A stretch of DNA of 64,000 nucleotides from contig DASYJY010000155.1 in NCBI GenBank assembly GCA_035995985.1, forward strand, positions 16,416 through 80,415, in the 5' to 3' direction. The notes beneath the pieces were generated by a model. That model did not search any database. It saw only the letters and a program-made list of their open reading frames with translations, and was not told where the DNA came from. The translations under genes and the position numbers were made by a program. Origin of the DNA: Thermoanaerobaculia bacterium (lineage in GTDB: Bacteria > Acidobacteriota > Thermoanaerobaculia > Gp7-AA8). Positions 8,833 to 19,356 of this stretch are shown in pieces. The first letter of the stretch is position 1, and every line of letters begins with the position of its first letter.

Positions 8833-11717
8833 CGGCGGACGTCTTCGAGCTGTTTGATGCGATTGAGGATGTCGCGATACTTCGGATTCAAACTGTAAAC
8901 CTCCGCGAACGCTTTCTGCGCATTATCCGTGTCGCCGACCTCCAGGTACGCAGATCCGAGGTCGTAAAGCAGGCCGACGTTTTCCTCGGCGAGGATCTCC
9001 GGCATCTCGATTCCTTTGCGGTACCACTTGATCGCAAGTTGCGGCATGCCCTTTTCGAGAAAGCAGAGGCCGAGCATCGACGCGCACTCGACGGCGCGCT
9101 TCGGGTCCTTCGAGGCGAGCTGGAACTCGCCGATCGCTTCGTCGATCAGGCCCATTTCCTTGTACGCAATGCCGAGGTTGTAATGGGTGTCGTAATCCTC
9201 GGAATCGAGTTGCTGCTCGACACCCTTCTTGAACTCCTTGAAGATCTCCTCGAGCGACTGCTCCTCTTCACTGAGAGAGACTTCTTCCGATTCTTCCTCG
9301 AGCTCGGACTCCAGTTCGGCGGCCAGATCGAAGAAATCGTCCTCGTCGGCGAAGAGATTTTCTTCGTGGAGTGGCGGCGGTGGTGGTGCGGCCGCAGGCT
9401 GAGGCGGCGGTGCGGGCGTAAAGAAATCTTCGTCGTCGTCGGGAAGAGCGGACAGCAGCTCGCTCTCGATTTCGTCGCGCGAAAGAACGGCTGGTGCGAA
9501 GGCATCCGGCGTGGGCGTTGGAGCCGCGGTGATCGCGTCCATCGCCAATTTGAAGCGCGTCCGCCGCTCGGTGACGGCGGCGTTGTCTGGAAAGAGCACG
9601 GCCAGCGCGTCGAGTTTCTGGCGCGCTTCATCGAACAACTCCTGCTCGATGTAGAAATCGAGCTCGCGAAGCTCCTCGGCCGAGGGAGCGTCAATGAAAG
9701 GCTCTGGCGCGAAAACCGGCTGCTCGGTTGGTGTGTCGAACGAAAACTCCTCCGCGGCAAGAGGCGTGTCGAATGTGAGTGCCGGCTCCGGCTCGAATGA
9801 CGGAATCGCGACCGAGGGCGCCGGTACGTCGAAGGAAAACGAAGGCTCCGGCTCGATGGCCGGCATACCGAATTCGGCCGCGCCCGAGTCGAGATCGAAA
9901 CTCAGCTCTTCGTCGACTTCCAGCGGCGGCAACGGACGCTCGATGGTCGGAATGCTCGGCTGCGGCGCAGGTGGCGCCGGCGGCAACAGCGAATGGCCGC
10001 GCATCAGGAACTCGTCCTGGATGTTGCTGACGCCCGAGGTATCGCCCTTTTCCTGCAGGATGGCCATGTATTGATTGGCCGCCGCGCGGGCGCCTTGGAC
10101 GTCACTGTCGTCGAGCAGGAGGCGGTACAGCTTTTCGTGCGCGGCGAGATGTTTCGGCGCGCGTTCGATGATGGCGCGCAGATGCTCGGTCGCTTTTTCG
10201 GTCAGGCCGTATTTCGCGAAAACCTCGGCCTCGGTGAGGTGCTCGGTGACGAAGTCGAGATCCTCGCCGCCGTCCTCCGCATCGAGATCCATTGCCGCCA
10301 ATTCGACCGCCGACTGCATGCGCGATAACGTCGGTATTCGCGCGGGTGGTGGCGGAGGGGGAGCGACTGGCAGCGGTTCGAAGCTGGTATCGAGCTCGAG
10401 ATCGAGCGGCTCGGAGGCGTCGAGGTCGAAGGAGAGCGCGGGCCCGTCGTCGAAGGAATCGAACGACGGCACCGGCTCATCGATCTCCATCGACAGTGGC
10501 GCGACGGGGACGTCCGCCGGCCGCGCCGGCATCGTGTCTACGCCGCCGATCTGCGTGCGGACAAACTGCAGCTTCGTTCGATGCTGCGCGTTCTGCGGCT
10601 CGCGCTGGATCAGTTTCTCGAGCACCTCAGCCGCGTTTTCAAACCGTCCTCGCGCGACGTGGGCCTCGGCCAGGCTGCTCATCGCGGAGAGGACGTTCGT
10701 CTCTTCGTTGAGCCGCACGTAGAGGGCGACCAGGCGTTCCAGCGTCGGCGCGTGGCCGGCATCGACGCGCAGGATGCGGTTGAACAGCTCGACGGCCGCG
10801 CCGCGTTCGCCGCGTCCAACCGCTTTTTCGACGACCGGCGTGAGCATCTCGAGCGCGCCGTCGGCATTGCCGGTGCGGAGATGAAGATCGGCCAGCGTCT
10901 CGCGGACGCCGGAATCGTTCGGATCGCTGGCGAGGGCGCGTTCGAGCGCGGCGCGCGCGGCGCGCGCGTCGCCTTTGGCGAGCAGGATGCGGCCGTAGAT
11001 CGAGAGCATTCGCGCGTTTTCGCCCGCCGATTCGAGCGACGCCTGCACGATCTGGATGGCGTTGTCGTAGTCCTTCGCCTCGAGTAGCGCGGTGACGAGC
11101 GACTCGACCAGCTCGATGTTGCTCGAATCGATCTTCAGCGCTTTTTTGAAAACCTGGACGGCCTCGTCGAGCATGCCGCGCTTGAGCAGCATCCGTCCGA
11201 CGCGGTCATATTCTTTGAGCGCGTCTTTGGTCTGGTTGTTCTGCGAGTAGAGGTCGGCCAGCTTGACGTGGACGTTGATCGAGTTCGGATCGAGCTCGGA
11301 GATCTTCCGGTAAATCGCCAGCGCGTTCCCCGGATCGCCGTGCTTGAGGTAATAGTCGGCGAGGACCTGATACTGGCTCTTGGCCTCCATGGCCAGCCCT
11401 TGCTTGCCGTAAAGATCGGCCAGCTTGGCGTAAATGTCGAGCTTGGAGGGATCGAGCTTGTTGATCTTTTTGTAGATGGCGATGGCTTTGAGGAAGAAGC
11501 CGTCGCGCGAGTAGTGGTCGGCGATCCTGCCGAAAACTTTGACCGCTTCGTCGTTGCGGTTGATGCGCACCCAGAGATCGCCGATGCGATTCAGGGTGTT
11601 GACGTCGCTGGGGTTATCGTCGAGAAGGCGCTCGTATTCTTTGATCGCCGGCTCGATCTTCCCCTTCGCAACCAGCTTCTCGGCGCTGGCGATGATTTTA
11701 TCGCGTTGGATCGCCAT
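8829..11717 (-). CDS. large tetratricopeptide-repeat protein with three acidic/proline-rich disordered linkers
   Basis: 962 aa. TPR-like helices at aa 1-390 and 826-962, with shorter helical islands at ~490-570 and ~685-725. The linkers are rich in P, E, D and repeated S/T-F-D/E motifs. The start overlaps the rnhB stop by 20 nt. Confidence 0.8.
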   Translation of the reverse strand: MAIQRDKIIASAEKLVAKGKIEPAIKEYERLLDDNPSDVNTLNRIGDLWVRINRNDEAVKVFGRIADHYSRDGFFLKAIAIYKKINKLDPSKLDIYAKLADLYGKQGLAMEAKSQYQVLADYYLKHGDPGNALAIYRKISELDPNSINVHVKLADLYSQNNQTKDALKEYDRVGRMLLKRGMLDEAVQVFKKALKIDSSNIELVESLVTALLEAKDYDNAIQIVQASLESAGENARMLSIYGRILLAKGDARAARAALERALASDPNDSGVRETLADLHLRTGNADGALEMLTPVVEKAVGRGERGAAVELFNRILRVDAGHAPTLERLVALYVRLNEETNVLSAMSSLAEAHVARGRFENAAEVLEKLIQREPQNAQHRTKLQFVRTQIGGVDTMPARPADVPVAPLSMEIDEPVPSFDSFDDGPALSFDLDASEPLDLELDTSFEPLPVAPPPPPPARIPTLSRMQSAVELAAMDLDAEDGGEDLDFVTEHLTEAEVFAKYGLTEKATEHLRAIIERAPKHLAAHEKLYRLLLDDSDVQGARAAANQYMAILQEKGDTSGVSNIQDEFLMRGHSLLPPAPPAPQPSIPTIERPLPPLEVDEELSFDLDSGAAEFGMPAIEPEPSFSFDVPAPSVAIPSFEPEPALTFDTPLAAEEFSFDTPTEQPVFAPEPFIDAPSAEELRELDFYIEQELFDEARQKLDALAVLFPDNAAVTERRTRFKLAMDAITAAPTPTPDAFAPAVLSRDEIESELLSALPDDDEDFFTPAPPPQPAAAPPPPPLHEENLFADEDDFFDLAAELESELEEESEEVSLSEEEQSLEEIFKEFKKGVEQQLDSEDYDTHYNLGIAYKEMGLIDEAIGEFQLASKDPKRAVECASMLGLCFLEKGMPQLAIKWYRKGIEMPEILAEENVGLLYDLGSAYLEVGDTDNAQKAFAEVYSLNPKYRDILNRIKQLEDVRR

Positions 11718-12333
11718 CGGCTCCGTTCCGCACGAACAGCAACATCGGTTCGTCCACCCCTTCGAACGATCTGCGGTGAATCGGCGAGGGGCCGTAGAGT
11801 TTCAGCGCTGCCTGATGCCCCTCAGTCGCATACCCTCGGTTGTGTCGAAAATCGTAAACAGGGTAGAGGTCATGATACGACTCCATCAACAGATCGCGAT
11901 AGACCTTCGCGACGATCGATGCCGCCGCGATGGAGACGCTGCGCCGATCGCCCCCGATCAGCGGAACCTGCGGCAGATCCATGTCGATGGTAACGGCATC
12001 GAGGAGCAGGATGTCGGGACGGACTTCGAGGTTCTCCACCGCCGCGATCATCGCCCGTTTGCTGGCCTGCAGAATGTTGATAGCGTCGATGGTCTTCGGC
12101 TCGATGACGCCGACGGCGCAGGCGCGGGCGCGGCGGAGGATCAGCCGGCAGACGTCGATGCGGTCGTCATGATCGACGAGCTTGGAGTCGTTGACGCCGA
12201 CGAGGGTCGGCTCGGTGTCGAGGATCACGCAAGCGGCGACGACGGGACCGGCCAGACATCCGCGGCCGACTTCGTCCGTGCCGGCAATGGCCCGGAAACC
12301 AGAATCGCGGAGCCGGCGCTCGATCGCTGACAT
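11698..12333 (-). CDS. rnhB: ribonuclease HII
   Basis: GTDEVGRGCLAGPVVAACV and DSKLV motifs. The start is taken at ATG 12333 because the longer ORF overlaps rplS. Confidence 0.85.
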   Translation of the reverse strand: MSAIERRLRDSGFRAIAGTDEVGRGCLAGPVVAACVILDTEPTLVGVNDSKLVDHDDRIDVCRLILRRARACAVGVIEPKTIDAINILQASKRAMIAAVENLEVRPDILLLDAVTIDMDLPQVPLIGGDRRSVSIAAASIVAKVYRDLLMESYHDLYPVYDFRHNRGYATEGHQAALKLYGPSPIHRRSFEGVDEPMLLFVRNGADGDPTR

Positions 12334-12394
12334 CTCAGCGACCCGCGCCAACTCCGCGAAGAGGTTTCTGACCAGCCGTTCGGCCGGCTTGAGC

Positions 12395-12748
12395 TTAGCG
12401 TTTGCGCTTTTCTTCGATGCGGGCTGCTTTACCGCGGAGATCCCGGAGGTAGTAGAGCTTCGCGCGGCGGACCCGGCCATGGCGTTCAACCTCGATGTGA
12501 TCGATGCTGGGGGAGTTCAGAGGGAACATGCGCTCCACCCCGATTCCGCCGGAGATTTTGCGGACGGTGAACATCTGCCGTGCGCCGCCGCCTTTTCGCG
12601 CGATGACCAGACCCTGAAAGATCTGGATGCGCTCTTTGTCGCCTTCTTTGACCTTGACGTGAACCTTGATCGTGTCGCCGGGGGCGAAGTTGGGCATGTC
12701 GGTCCGCGCTTCACGCGATTCGACGAGTTTCATGAAATCCTGAGCCAT
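12395..12748 (-). CDS. rplS: 50S ribosomal protein L19
   Basis: 117 aa. [35 protein letters not shown] is a classic L19 sequence. Confidence 0.95.
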   Translation of the reverse strand: MAQDFMKLVESREARTDMPNFAPGDTIKVHVKVKEGDKERIQIFQGLVIARKGGGARQMFTVRKISGGIGVERMFPLNSPSIDHIEVERHGRVRRAKLYYLRDLRGKAARIEEKRKR

Positions 12749-12845
12749 TTTGACAACCTTCCTGTGTTCTGAAGCGAGCCCGCAAGGATCGCCGATTTGG
12801 GTTCTTTAATCAACAGCCCGGCGTAGAACGGCAGTGGGAGGGGAC

Positions 12846-13562
12846 TCATTCCTCCCGAATCCGCTTGAGCATCGCCCGCGCTTCGGCGTCGAGTTCAGCG
12901 GAGTCCAGAAGGTCCGGCCGTTTCGCCAGGGTGGCGCGCAAACTCTGCTCCTTCCGCCACTTACGAATCTTCTCGTGATGCCCCGACATGAGAATGTCCG
13001 GCACGCGCATCCCCCGCAGCTCCTCCGGACGCGTGTAGTGCGGATAGTCGAGCAGCCCGCGAAAGAAGGAGTCCTCCTCCACCGATCCGCTGTTGCCGAC
13101 CACCCCTTCGACCATCCGCCCGACCGCATCGGCAATGAGCATGGCCGGCAATTCGCCGCCGGAAACGACGAAATCGCCGATCGAAATCTCGTCCGGCTGG
13201 AGCGCCTCGCGAATCCGTTCGTCGAATCCTTCGTAACGGCCGCAGAGGATGACGATGTGGCCCTTCTCCGCCAGCTCCAGTGCAACGCTTTGCGTGAAGA
13301 TCCGTCCCTGCGGAGACGTCATAACGACGTGCCCAGCGCCAATCGCATCGACACATCGCAACACCGGCTCGGCCAGCATCACCATCCCAGGCCCGCCGCC
13401 GTACGCCTCGTCATCAGTCGACCGGTGGCGATCGGTGGCGTAGTCGCGCAAATCCCAAACGCGAACATCGAGCAACCCCTGCTTCACGCCGCGCGCAATG
13501 ATCCCCTCCGCCAGCAGCGGATCGAACATCCTCGGGAAGATCGTGACGAAATCAATCCTCAA
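12846..13562 (-). CDS. trmD: tRNA (guanine37-N1)-methyltransferase
   Basis: MRIDFVTIFPRMFDPLL and CGRYEGFDERI motifs. Confidence 0.95.
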   Translation of the reverse strand: MRIDFVTIFPRMFDPLLAEGIIARGVKQGLLDVRVWDLRDYATDRHRSTDDEAYGGGPGMVMLAEPVLRCVDAIGAGHVVMTSPQGRIFTQSVALELAEKGHIVILCGRYEGFDERIREALQPDEISIGDFVVSGGELPAMLIADAVGRMVEGVVGNSGSVEEDSFFRGLLDYPHYTRPEELRGMRVPDILMSGHHEKIRKWRKEQSLRATLAKRPDLLDSAELDAEARAMLKRIREE

Positions 13563-13606
13563 GCCGTTCTCCGCCCCTCCGCGTCTCCGCGTGAACCGTC
13601 TCTCTG

Positions 13607-14125
13607 TTAGAGATCCTCGATGCCGTCTGGAAGATTCACGACGATCGTCTTCGCCTCGAGGTCGACCTTCGTGCAGATGTCCGCTGCGAACGGAACATCG
13701 AAGCGACGACGCGGCCCTTCGACGACGAGCAGCACTCCAGCACCTGTTTCTTCGATCGCGATCACCTTTCCGCGTGGAGCGCCGTCGGCGTCGATCAACG
13801 TAAGGCCGACAAGGTCGTGGAGAAAGTATTCGTCGTCATCCAGCTTTCGCGCCTCGGACGAAGGGACTTCCACCGTCCAGTTCTGCAGCAACTGCACTTC
13901 CTCGGGTGACTCGATTCCGGAGAACTTCACCAACGCGCGGCCGGCGTGAATGCGGACGGATTCAATCGTGGCGTCGCGCGTTGACGATTCATCCGGCGAC
14001 CCGAGCGTCACCGACGACACTTTGGTGAATCGCTCCGGAGAATCGGACCACGCTTCGACACTCGCTTCCCCGCGGACACCGTGCGCTTTGCGGATGATGC
14101 CGAGGGCGATGCGGTCGCCAGGCAT
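13607..14125 (-). CDS. rimM: 16S rRNA processing protein RimM
   Basis: 172 aa with GIIRKAHGVRGE at the N-terminus. It sits at the conserved position between the KH gene and trmD. Confidence 0.85.
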   Translation of the reverse strand: MPGDRIALGIIRKAHGVRGEASVEAWSDSPERFTKVSSVTLGSPDESSTRDATIESVRIHAGRALVKFSGIESPEEVQLLQNWTVEVPSSEARKLDDDEYFLHDLVGLTLIDADGAPRGKVIAIEETGAGVLLVVEGPRRRFDVPFAADICTKVDLEAKTIVVNLPDGIEDL

Positions 14126-14128
14126 GCG

Positions 14129-14359
14129 TCAGTCGACGATGTCGAGGGTGTAGCGGCGGCGCGATTTATGGCCGGCGGCGGTGAGGAGCGTGCGCATGGC
14201 GCGCGCGGTCCGGCCCTGGCGGCCGATCACCTTGCCGAGGTCGGCCTGCGCCACTTCCAGCTCGACGACAGTTTGATCGCCGCGGTTGTAGACGTGGGTG
14301 TTCACCGCCTCGGCATCATCGACGAGCGACTTGGCGACGAACTCGATCAGCTCTTCCAT
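14129..14359 (-). CDS. KH-domain RNA-binding protein (UPF0109 family)
   Basis: 76 aa with GKVIGRQGRTARAMRTLL (GxxG KH motif). Conserved position after rpsP. Confidence 0.8.
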   Translation of the reverse strand: MEELIEFVAKSLVDDAEAVNTHVYNRGDQTVVELEVAQADLGKVIGRQGRTARAMRTLLTAAGHKSRRRYTLDIVD

Positions 14360-14368
14360 GGGAGGAAG

Positions 14369-14608
14369 TTACGCGACTTTGTTCTTCTTGAGAAGCGACT
14401 TGACGGTCGGCGAGAGCTGGGCGCCCTTGCTGACCCAGTAATCGACGCGAGCCTTGTCGATCTTCACGTCGGCGGGGTTCTTCTTCGGATCGTAGTGCCC
14501 GATTTGTTCGACCGTGGCATTGCTCGGCGTCTTGAGCGAGTCGGAAACAACGACGCGGTAGAACGGCGAGTGGGTCGCGCCTTGGCGACGCAGGCGAATC
14601 TTCAACAT
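14369..14608 (-). CDS. rpsP: 30S ribosomal protein S16
   Basis: MLKIRLRRQGATHSPFYRVVVSDS. Confidence 0.95.
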   Translation of the reverse strand: MLKIRLRRQGATHSPFYRVVVSDSLKTPSNATVEQIGHYDPKKNPADVKIDKARVDYWVSKGAQLSPTVKSLLKKNKVA

Positions 14609-14656
14609 GTCGTGTGATGCTCCCTTGATTGAACTGCGATGTGATTCGGGCCGGCT

Positions 14657-14686
14657 ATCCTACCGAACCGGGGCGTGAAACCGCAA
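14657..14686 (-). promoter_or_regulatory. candidate sigma-70 promoter of the rpsP operon
   Basis: On the minus strand: TTGCGG (14686-14681), an 18-nt spacer, then TAGGAT (14662-14657). This lies ~50 nt upstream of the rpsP ATG, which has an AAGGGAG Shine-Dalgarno sequence. Confidence 0.35.
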
Positions 14687-14709
14687 CCGGGGCAGTGTCA
14701 TTCCGAGCG

Positions 14710-16050
<1,341 letters not shown>

Positions 16051-16078
16051 GCCGCGCTTGTAACGCGGGCCGTGGCAT

Positions 16079-16978
16079 TTGTCATCCCGGACGGCCGTTT
16101 TGCACCCCGTGGCAGAGCTGGCGAAGAGACTTCCCGACAACGTCCCTGGCGATTTCTATGTTGACTCGACCTGCATCGATTGCGACGCCTGCCGCATTTT
16201 CGCGCCGACGGTTTTCAGCGACACCGGCGATCAGTCGGCCGTGTTTCATCAGCCGAAATCGGACGACGAACTGCTCGCTGCGCAGAAGGCGCTGATCTCG
16301 TGTCCGACGGCATCGATCGGTACGGTGACGAGAAACGACATGCGTCCGGCGCTGGCATCGCTGCCGGAGTTGGTCGATGGCGACGTCTATCGCTGCGGCT
16401 ACGCCTCGGAGGCCTCATTCGGCGCGATCAGCTATCTCGTTCGCAAGCCGCAGGGCAATATCCTCATCGACTCGCCGCGCTTTTCCGGACCGCTGGTGAA
16501 GAACATCGCGGCGATGGGCGGCGCGTCGCGGATGCTGCTCACGCATCAGGACGACGTCGCCGATCACGCCCGTTTCGCGGCTCGATTCGGCTGCGAGCGC
16601 GTTCTGCATCGCGATGACGTCCACGCGCGCATGGCAGCGATCGAGGTGCAACCGGCCGGAGTTGATCCGATCGATCTCGGCGGCGGCATCGTCATGATCC
16701 CAACGCCCGGCCACACGAAAGGCCACGCTGTTTTTCTCGATCGCGAGACGTACCTTTTCACCGGCGATCACCTCGCCTGGAGCGAGCGGCTCGGACACCT
16801 CTACGCGTTTCGCAGCGCGTGCTGGTATTCGTGGAAGGAGCAGATCCGTTCGATGGAGCGTCTGCTCGACTACCGCTTCGAATGGGTGCTGCCAGGCCAC
16901 GGCCGGCCGATCCATCTCGACGCCGCGGCGATGCACGCGAGCCTGGAACGCTGCGTAGCCTGGATGAACGAGCGCTAA
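16079..16978 (+). CDS. fusion protein: N-terminal ferredoxin-like Fe-S domain plus MBL-fold metallo-hydrolase
   Basis: GDFYVDSTCIDCDACRIFAP...CP forms the cluster-binding pattern. The MBL region carries LLTHQDDVADH and PTPGHTKGH. The annotated start is TTG, so the start is uncertain. Confidence 0.7.
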   Translation: MSSRTAVLHPVAELAKRLPDNVPGDFYVDSTCIDCDACRIFAPTVFSDTGDQSAVFHQPKSDDELLAAQKALISCPTASIGTVTRNDMRPALASLPELVDGDVYRCGYASEASFGAISYLVRKPQGNILIDSPRFSGPLVKNIAAMGGASRMLLTHQDDVADHARFAARFGCERVLHRDDVHARMAAIEVQPAGVDPIDLGGGIVMIPTPGHTKGHAVFLDRETYLFTGDHLAWSERLGHLYAFRSACWYSWKEQIRSMERLLDYRFEWVLPGHGRPIHLDAAAMHASLERCVAWMNER

Positions 16979-17020
16979 ATCGTAGCGGTCGGCATCCTCC
17001 GTGCTGAGCGAATCGCGGAC

Positions 17021-17860
17021 ATGCTGTTTCTTGCGTTCATCGCCACCTTCCTGGTTCTTTGGGCTGTCGTTTACGCCACGCTGCCGGCGATCCGTCACAT
17101 CGGACGGTTGCTCGCGCGCGCCATCGCCCGCAGCGCGCGCGTGACGCGGATCGTTTCAACAGCGCACGAGCGTTCGAAGAATTACCTGCCGGTGGCGGCG
17201 ATCCTCATCGCCGGAACGCTCTTCACCGCGTGGGCCGGAGATGCATTCCTCGACCTCGCGGAGAAAGTACACGGCAAAAACGCGGCGCTGCAGAAGATCG
17301 ACGGATCGATTCACGACTGGGCCGTGAGCGAGCGAACTTCCGGCGCGACGATGTTCTTCACGGCCATGACGACGATCGGCAGTCCGATTGGACTCGCAAT
17401 TCTGCTGTCGATCATCGGCATCATTCTGATCATCCGCCGCCGCTGGAGTTGGCTGATCTACCTCGCGGTCACGTTCGCCGGAGGGTGGCTGCTGGACCTG
17501 GAGTTGAAACGCTATTTCGCCCGCGCCCGTCCTGTTGCCGCCGAAATGCTGCGGCGCGCGAATGGCTACTCGTTTCCGAGCGGGCACGCGCTGGGCTCGG
17601 CCGTCGCGTTCGGTGCGCTGGCGTATCTCGCCTTCCGCGCGATCCGCAGCTGGCCGGCGAAAACCGCCGTCATCGCATTCCTCTACACGCTCGTCGCGTC
17701 CGTCGCGCTCTCCCGCGTCTACCTCGGCGTCCACTGGATTTCAGACGTGCTGGCCGGCGTCACCGTCGGAACGGTGTGGGTGACGACGACGACGGTCGCC
17801 TACGAGACTACGCGGCGCATCCGGCGAATGCGAAGGCAACGGATCGACGATGGGTCATGA
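17021..17860 (+). CDS. PAP2 family phosphatase (membrane)
   Basis: SFPSGHALGS and SRVYLGVHWISDVLAG motifs, with several TM helices. Confidence 0.8.
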   Translation: MLFLAFIATFLVLWAVVYATLPAIRHIGRLLARAIARSARVTRIVSTAHERSKNYLPVAAILIAGTLFTAWAGDAFLDLAEKVHGKNAALQKIDGSIHDWAVSERTSGATMFFTAMTTIGSPIGLAILLSIIGIILIIRRRWSWLIYLAVTFAGGWLLDLELKRYFARARPVAAEMLRRANGYSFPSGHALGSAVAFGALAYLAFRAIRSWPAKTAVIAFLYTLVASVALSRVYLGVHWISDVLAGVTVGTVWVTTTTVAYETTRRIRRMRRQRIDDGS

Positions 17861-19303
17861 CAACGGATGGACAGGCACATCGCCTGCCGGCAGATCGTTC
17901 GCGCGCGCCGGTGCCCGGTTGCCGTACAGCTCGCGCACGAGTTGGCCGATCGTGTGGTGATCGAGCGCGTTGTCCATGCACGTGCTGAGCTTCGTGAAGA
18001 GACTGCCGATCACGGTGCGCTCGTTGTCTTCCATGTGAATCTCGGGAACGTCGCGCTTCAACCCCTCAACCTGCGCGACGACCTCTTCGATGGTGATGCG
18101 GTCGGGATCGCAGCCCGGGACGAAGCCTGTCCAGTCTCCGCCGATCTCCTTCACGAGTTGCGCATCTTCGAGTTTGCGAAGCACGCGCAGCATCTGCGAA
18201 TCGGTCGTCCCGAATTGCTCGGCGAGGCGATACGACGACGGCGCTTCCTCGCGGCGATCGAAGCGGCGGGCGATCTCGATCAACGCGCGCAGGCCGAAGT
18301 AGAGATCGAACCGCGGCTCGTCCTGAACCTGCTGCTCGCTGGCGCGCAGCAGTCCGTAGAGATTCTGGTAGACGAAGCTGATCTCCACGCCGAGGAGGAT
18401 GACTACCCAGAGAATCTGGATGGCGATGAGGAAGATGATCGCCAAGCCGAGCGCGCCGTAGATCAGATTGAAGCGTCCGTGGAAAAGGTGGTCGGCGTAA
18501 ATCCCGAAGCCGAAGCGGACGAGCGAAAAGAGCGCCGTCGTCACGATCGCGCCGACGGCCGCCGAGCTGAAGCGAACGCGCGTCGATGGCACCAGCCAGA
18601 ACAGCATCGTAAAAGCGATGAACAGCACCACGACCGGCGCGATATGGAAAATGATGTCCTGCTTGAACAAAACGCGCAGGTAACGGTTCTTCTCCAGAGT
18701 GCTGGTGGTGGTGAAGGAGATGGCCATCAGCACCGGCCCCCAGAAAAAGAGCATCGTGAAAGCGATGATCTTCTGCCGGTACCCGCGCACGCTGCGCACC
18801 TTCCAGATCTGATTGATGGTCGCCTCGACTGCCAGGAAGAGACGAAACGTGATGACGATGAAAATGATCACGCCGAATGCCGACGCTGCCTGCGCGTTCT
18901 CTGCGAATTTGGCGATGTGATACGAGATGACCGGCGACTGATACGGGATGACGTTGTTGAGGATGTTGTCGATCTGCGATTGCGAATTGGGGAAGAGGTT
19001 GCGGAAGTAGAGCTGCAGCGCATGTGTGAACGCGACCAGCAGCGGGATGAGCGAGAGCAGCGTGGTGTAGGCGAGCGACGCCGCGCGCGACGTTCCTTCG
19101 ATGTCGTAGAACTCGCGCGTCAATTCGCGGATGAAGAGGAAAAATTCGACCGTCGTGACGCGGGCGCGTTTCCGTCCATGCGCCTCGCGGCGGTAGAGCA
19201 GGACGGCCGGATCGGTCAGCCAGCTCCAGACCACCTGGCGCGCCAGCGCGAACTCGGTCTTGAACTTTGCGCGCCGTTGGCCTTCCCGGCGGATTTCGGT
19301 CAT
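17855..19303 (-). CDS. YihY/BrkB family membrane protein with ~150-aa C-terminal winged-helix-like extension
   Basis: 482 aa. AASLAYTTLLSLIPLLV is a typical YihY core. The C-terminal SSYRLAEQFGTTDSQMLRVLRKLEDAQLVKEI looks like an Rrf2/MarR-type wHTH. Confidence 0.75.
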   Translation of the reverse strand: MTEIRREGQRRAKFKTEFALARQVVWSWLTDPAVLLYRREAHGRKRARVTTVEFFLFIRELTREFYDIEGTSRAASLAYTTLLSLIPLLVAFTHALQLYFRNLFPNSQSQIDNILNNVIPYQSPVISYHIAKFAENAQAASAFGVIIFIVITFRLFLAVEATINQIWKVRSVRGYRQKIIAFTMLFFWGPVLMAISFTTTSTLEKNRYLRVLFKQDIIFHIAPVVVLFIAFTMLFWLVPSTRVRFSSAAVGAIVTTALFSLVRFGFGIYADHLFHGRFNLIYGALGLAIIFLIAIQILWVVILLGVEISFVYQNLYGLLRASEQQVQDEPRFDLYFGLRALIEIARRFDRREEAPSSYRLAEQFGTTDSQMLRVLRKLEDAQLVKEIGGDWTGFVPGCDPDRITIEEVVAQVEGLKRDVPEIHMEDNERTVIGSLFTKLSTCMDNALDHHTIGQLVRELYGNRAPARANDLPAGDVPVHPLS

Positions 19304-19309
19304 GACTCA

Positions 19310-19315
19310 ACTATA
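19310..19315 (-). promoter_or_regulatory. -10-like hexamer TATAGT 6 nt upstream of the YihY-family ATG; the same AT-rich block reads TATAAA on the plus strand
   Basis: The plus strand reads actataaa at 19310-19317. The minus-strand ATG is at 19303. Confidence 0.3.
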
Positions 19316-19356
19316 AAGGCAAGGAGTGAGCCTGCGCGGCCGGATGCGATAACGTT

